A stretch of 21,581 nt of DNA, from positions 1-21,581 of the forward strand of contig NW_021823805.1 of assembly GCF_006345805.1 (NCBI RefSeq), in the 5' to 3' direction. The stretch comes from Octopus sinensis. Its lineage: Eukaryota. Position numbers and translations under genes: made by a program. Positions 20,505 through 21,581 of this stretch are shown here, one piece after another. The notes under the pieces are model-generated. The model did no database searches. It saw nothing but the letters and a program-made list of their open reading frames with translations, and was not told where the DNA came from. Position 1 is the first letter of the stretch, and each line of letters opens with the position of its first letter.

Positions 20505-20583
20505 AGAAGGGAGACAGTCGCGGATCGCTGGAAGAATGGTTGGGGACCACATGAGGCCCTGGGGCCGCGATTGAGAACCGCTG
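20505..20583. mobile_element. Possible single end of a hAT (Charlie-type) element
   Basis: Ends ttgagaaccgctg (reverse complement CAGCGGTTCTCAA, a typical hAT TIR start) after GC-rich subterminal sequence; no partner TIR found. Confidence 0.4.
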
Positions 20584-20671
20584 TTGTAGACACTACTCAT
20601 TCTTCTGGAGCTAGAATGTAAAGTATGAAAACCCAACAAAACAAAACGTTACCATTATTTATCAGTTCTCA

Positions 20672-21220
20672 AGACGACGAACTGACAGAAACGTTAGCGT
20701 AGCCGTATTTCGTCTGCCGTTACGTTCTGAGTTCAAATTCCGCCGTGGTCGACTTTGCCTTTCATCATTTCGGGGTCGATTAAATAAGTACCAGTTACTC
20801 ACTAGGATCGATATAATCGGCTTAATCCGTTTGTCCCCTCTGTGTTTAGTCCCGTGTGTGTAGTAAAGAAATAGATATTTCGTCTGTCTTTACGTTCAAA
20901 TTCCGCCGAGCTCGACTTTGCCTTTCATCCTTTCGCGGTCGATAAATTAAGTACCAGTTACGCACTGGGGTCGATGTAATCGACTTAATCCGTTTGTCTG
21001 TCCTTGTTTGTCCGCTCTATGTTTAGCCCCTTGTGGGTAATAAAGAAACAGGTATTTCGTCTGTCTTTATGTTCTGAGTTCAAATTCCGTCGAGTTGACT
21101 TAGCATTTCATCCTTACGCGATCGATAAATTAAATACCAGTTGCGCACTGGGGTCGATCTAATCGATTGGCCCCCTCCCTCAAAATTTCGGGCCTTTTAC
21201 CTAGAATAGAAAATATTATT
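20672..21220 (+). mobile_element. SINE family C, trimeric (core units start at about 20705, 20875, 21052)
   Basis: tatttcgtctg...ttcaaattccg...tttcatc...tcgat.aa.taa.taccagtt repeated three times with 170-177 bp period; tail ccccctccc...aaaatttcgggcc similar to 2941-2983. Confidence 0.88.
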
Positions 21221-21334
21221 TATGAGTTCTCGTATCGTTTATCACACAATAAATTAAGAAAAAGTAAAATTCCGCTGACACATCACTTCCGGTTTCTGCA
21301 TCACGTAGAAATTCAAGGAAGAATACATTTCATC

Positions 21335-21581
21335 TTTTACTTGTTTCCATTATTACACTGTAGCCATCTTGGGGCACGGTCTTGGACAGATTTTAGTGGT
21401 ATGAATCGACTCTAGCACATTTTTTAAAGCAGGGTACTTATTCTATCGGGCTCTTTCACCGAAATGCTAGGTTACTGGGACGTGAACAAACCAGCACCGG
21501 TTGTAAAGCAGTGGTTGGAGACAAACACTGACACAAACATACGCACTCTCACACATACATTATATATATATACATACATAT
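21335..21581 (-). mobile_element. Old 3' half of SINE family A running off the window edge
   Basis: ttttacttgtttc...gtacttattctatcgggctctttcaccgaa...accagcaccggttgtaaagc...acaaacac. Confidence 0.75.

Overview
AT-rich, repeat-saturated eukaryotic non-coding DNA (intronic or intergenic) with no intact protein-coding gene. The SINE families, microsatellite load and TTAGGG tracts look like an octopus/coleoid cephalopod genome; this is inferred from recalled repeat sequences, not from a search. The window holds about 15 copies or fragments of at least three tRNA-headed SINE families and a decayed ~1.25-kb Tc1 transposon with DD36E spacing. It also has internally deleted mariner and Tigger remnants, a foldback element enclosing a degenerate telomeric array, and a 2.3-kb 21-bp minisatellite (~110 units). 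The most interesting signal is a set of (TA)n-targeted, partly self-inverted elements resembling Penelope-like pseudo-LTR remnants. One retains the 3' half of a minimal hammerhead ribozyme, and a sister copy starts exactly at the predicted cleavage site. A separate element carries a near-complete hammerhead core with a 3-nt insertion. Apart from transposase fragments, the supplied ORFs appear to be artefacts of microsatellites, SINEs or the tandem array. Coordinates were counted by hand and ends may be off by a few bases.
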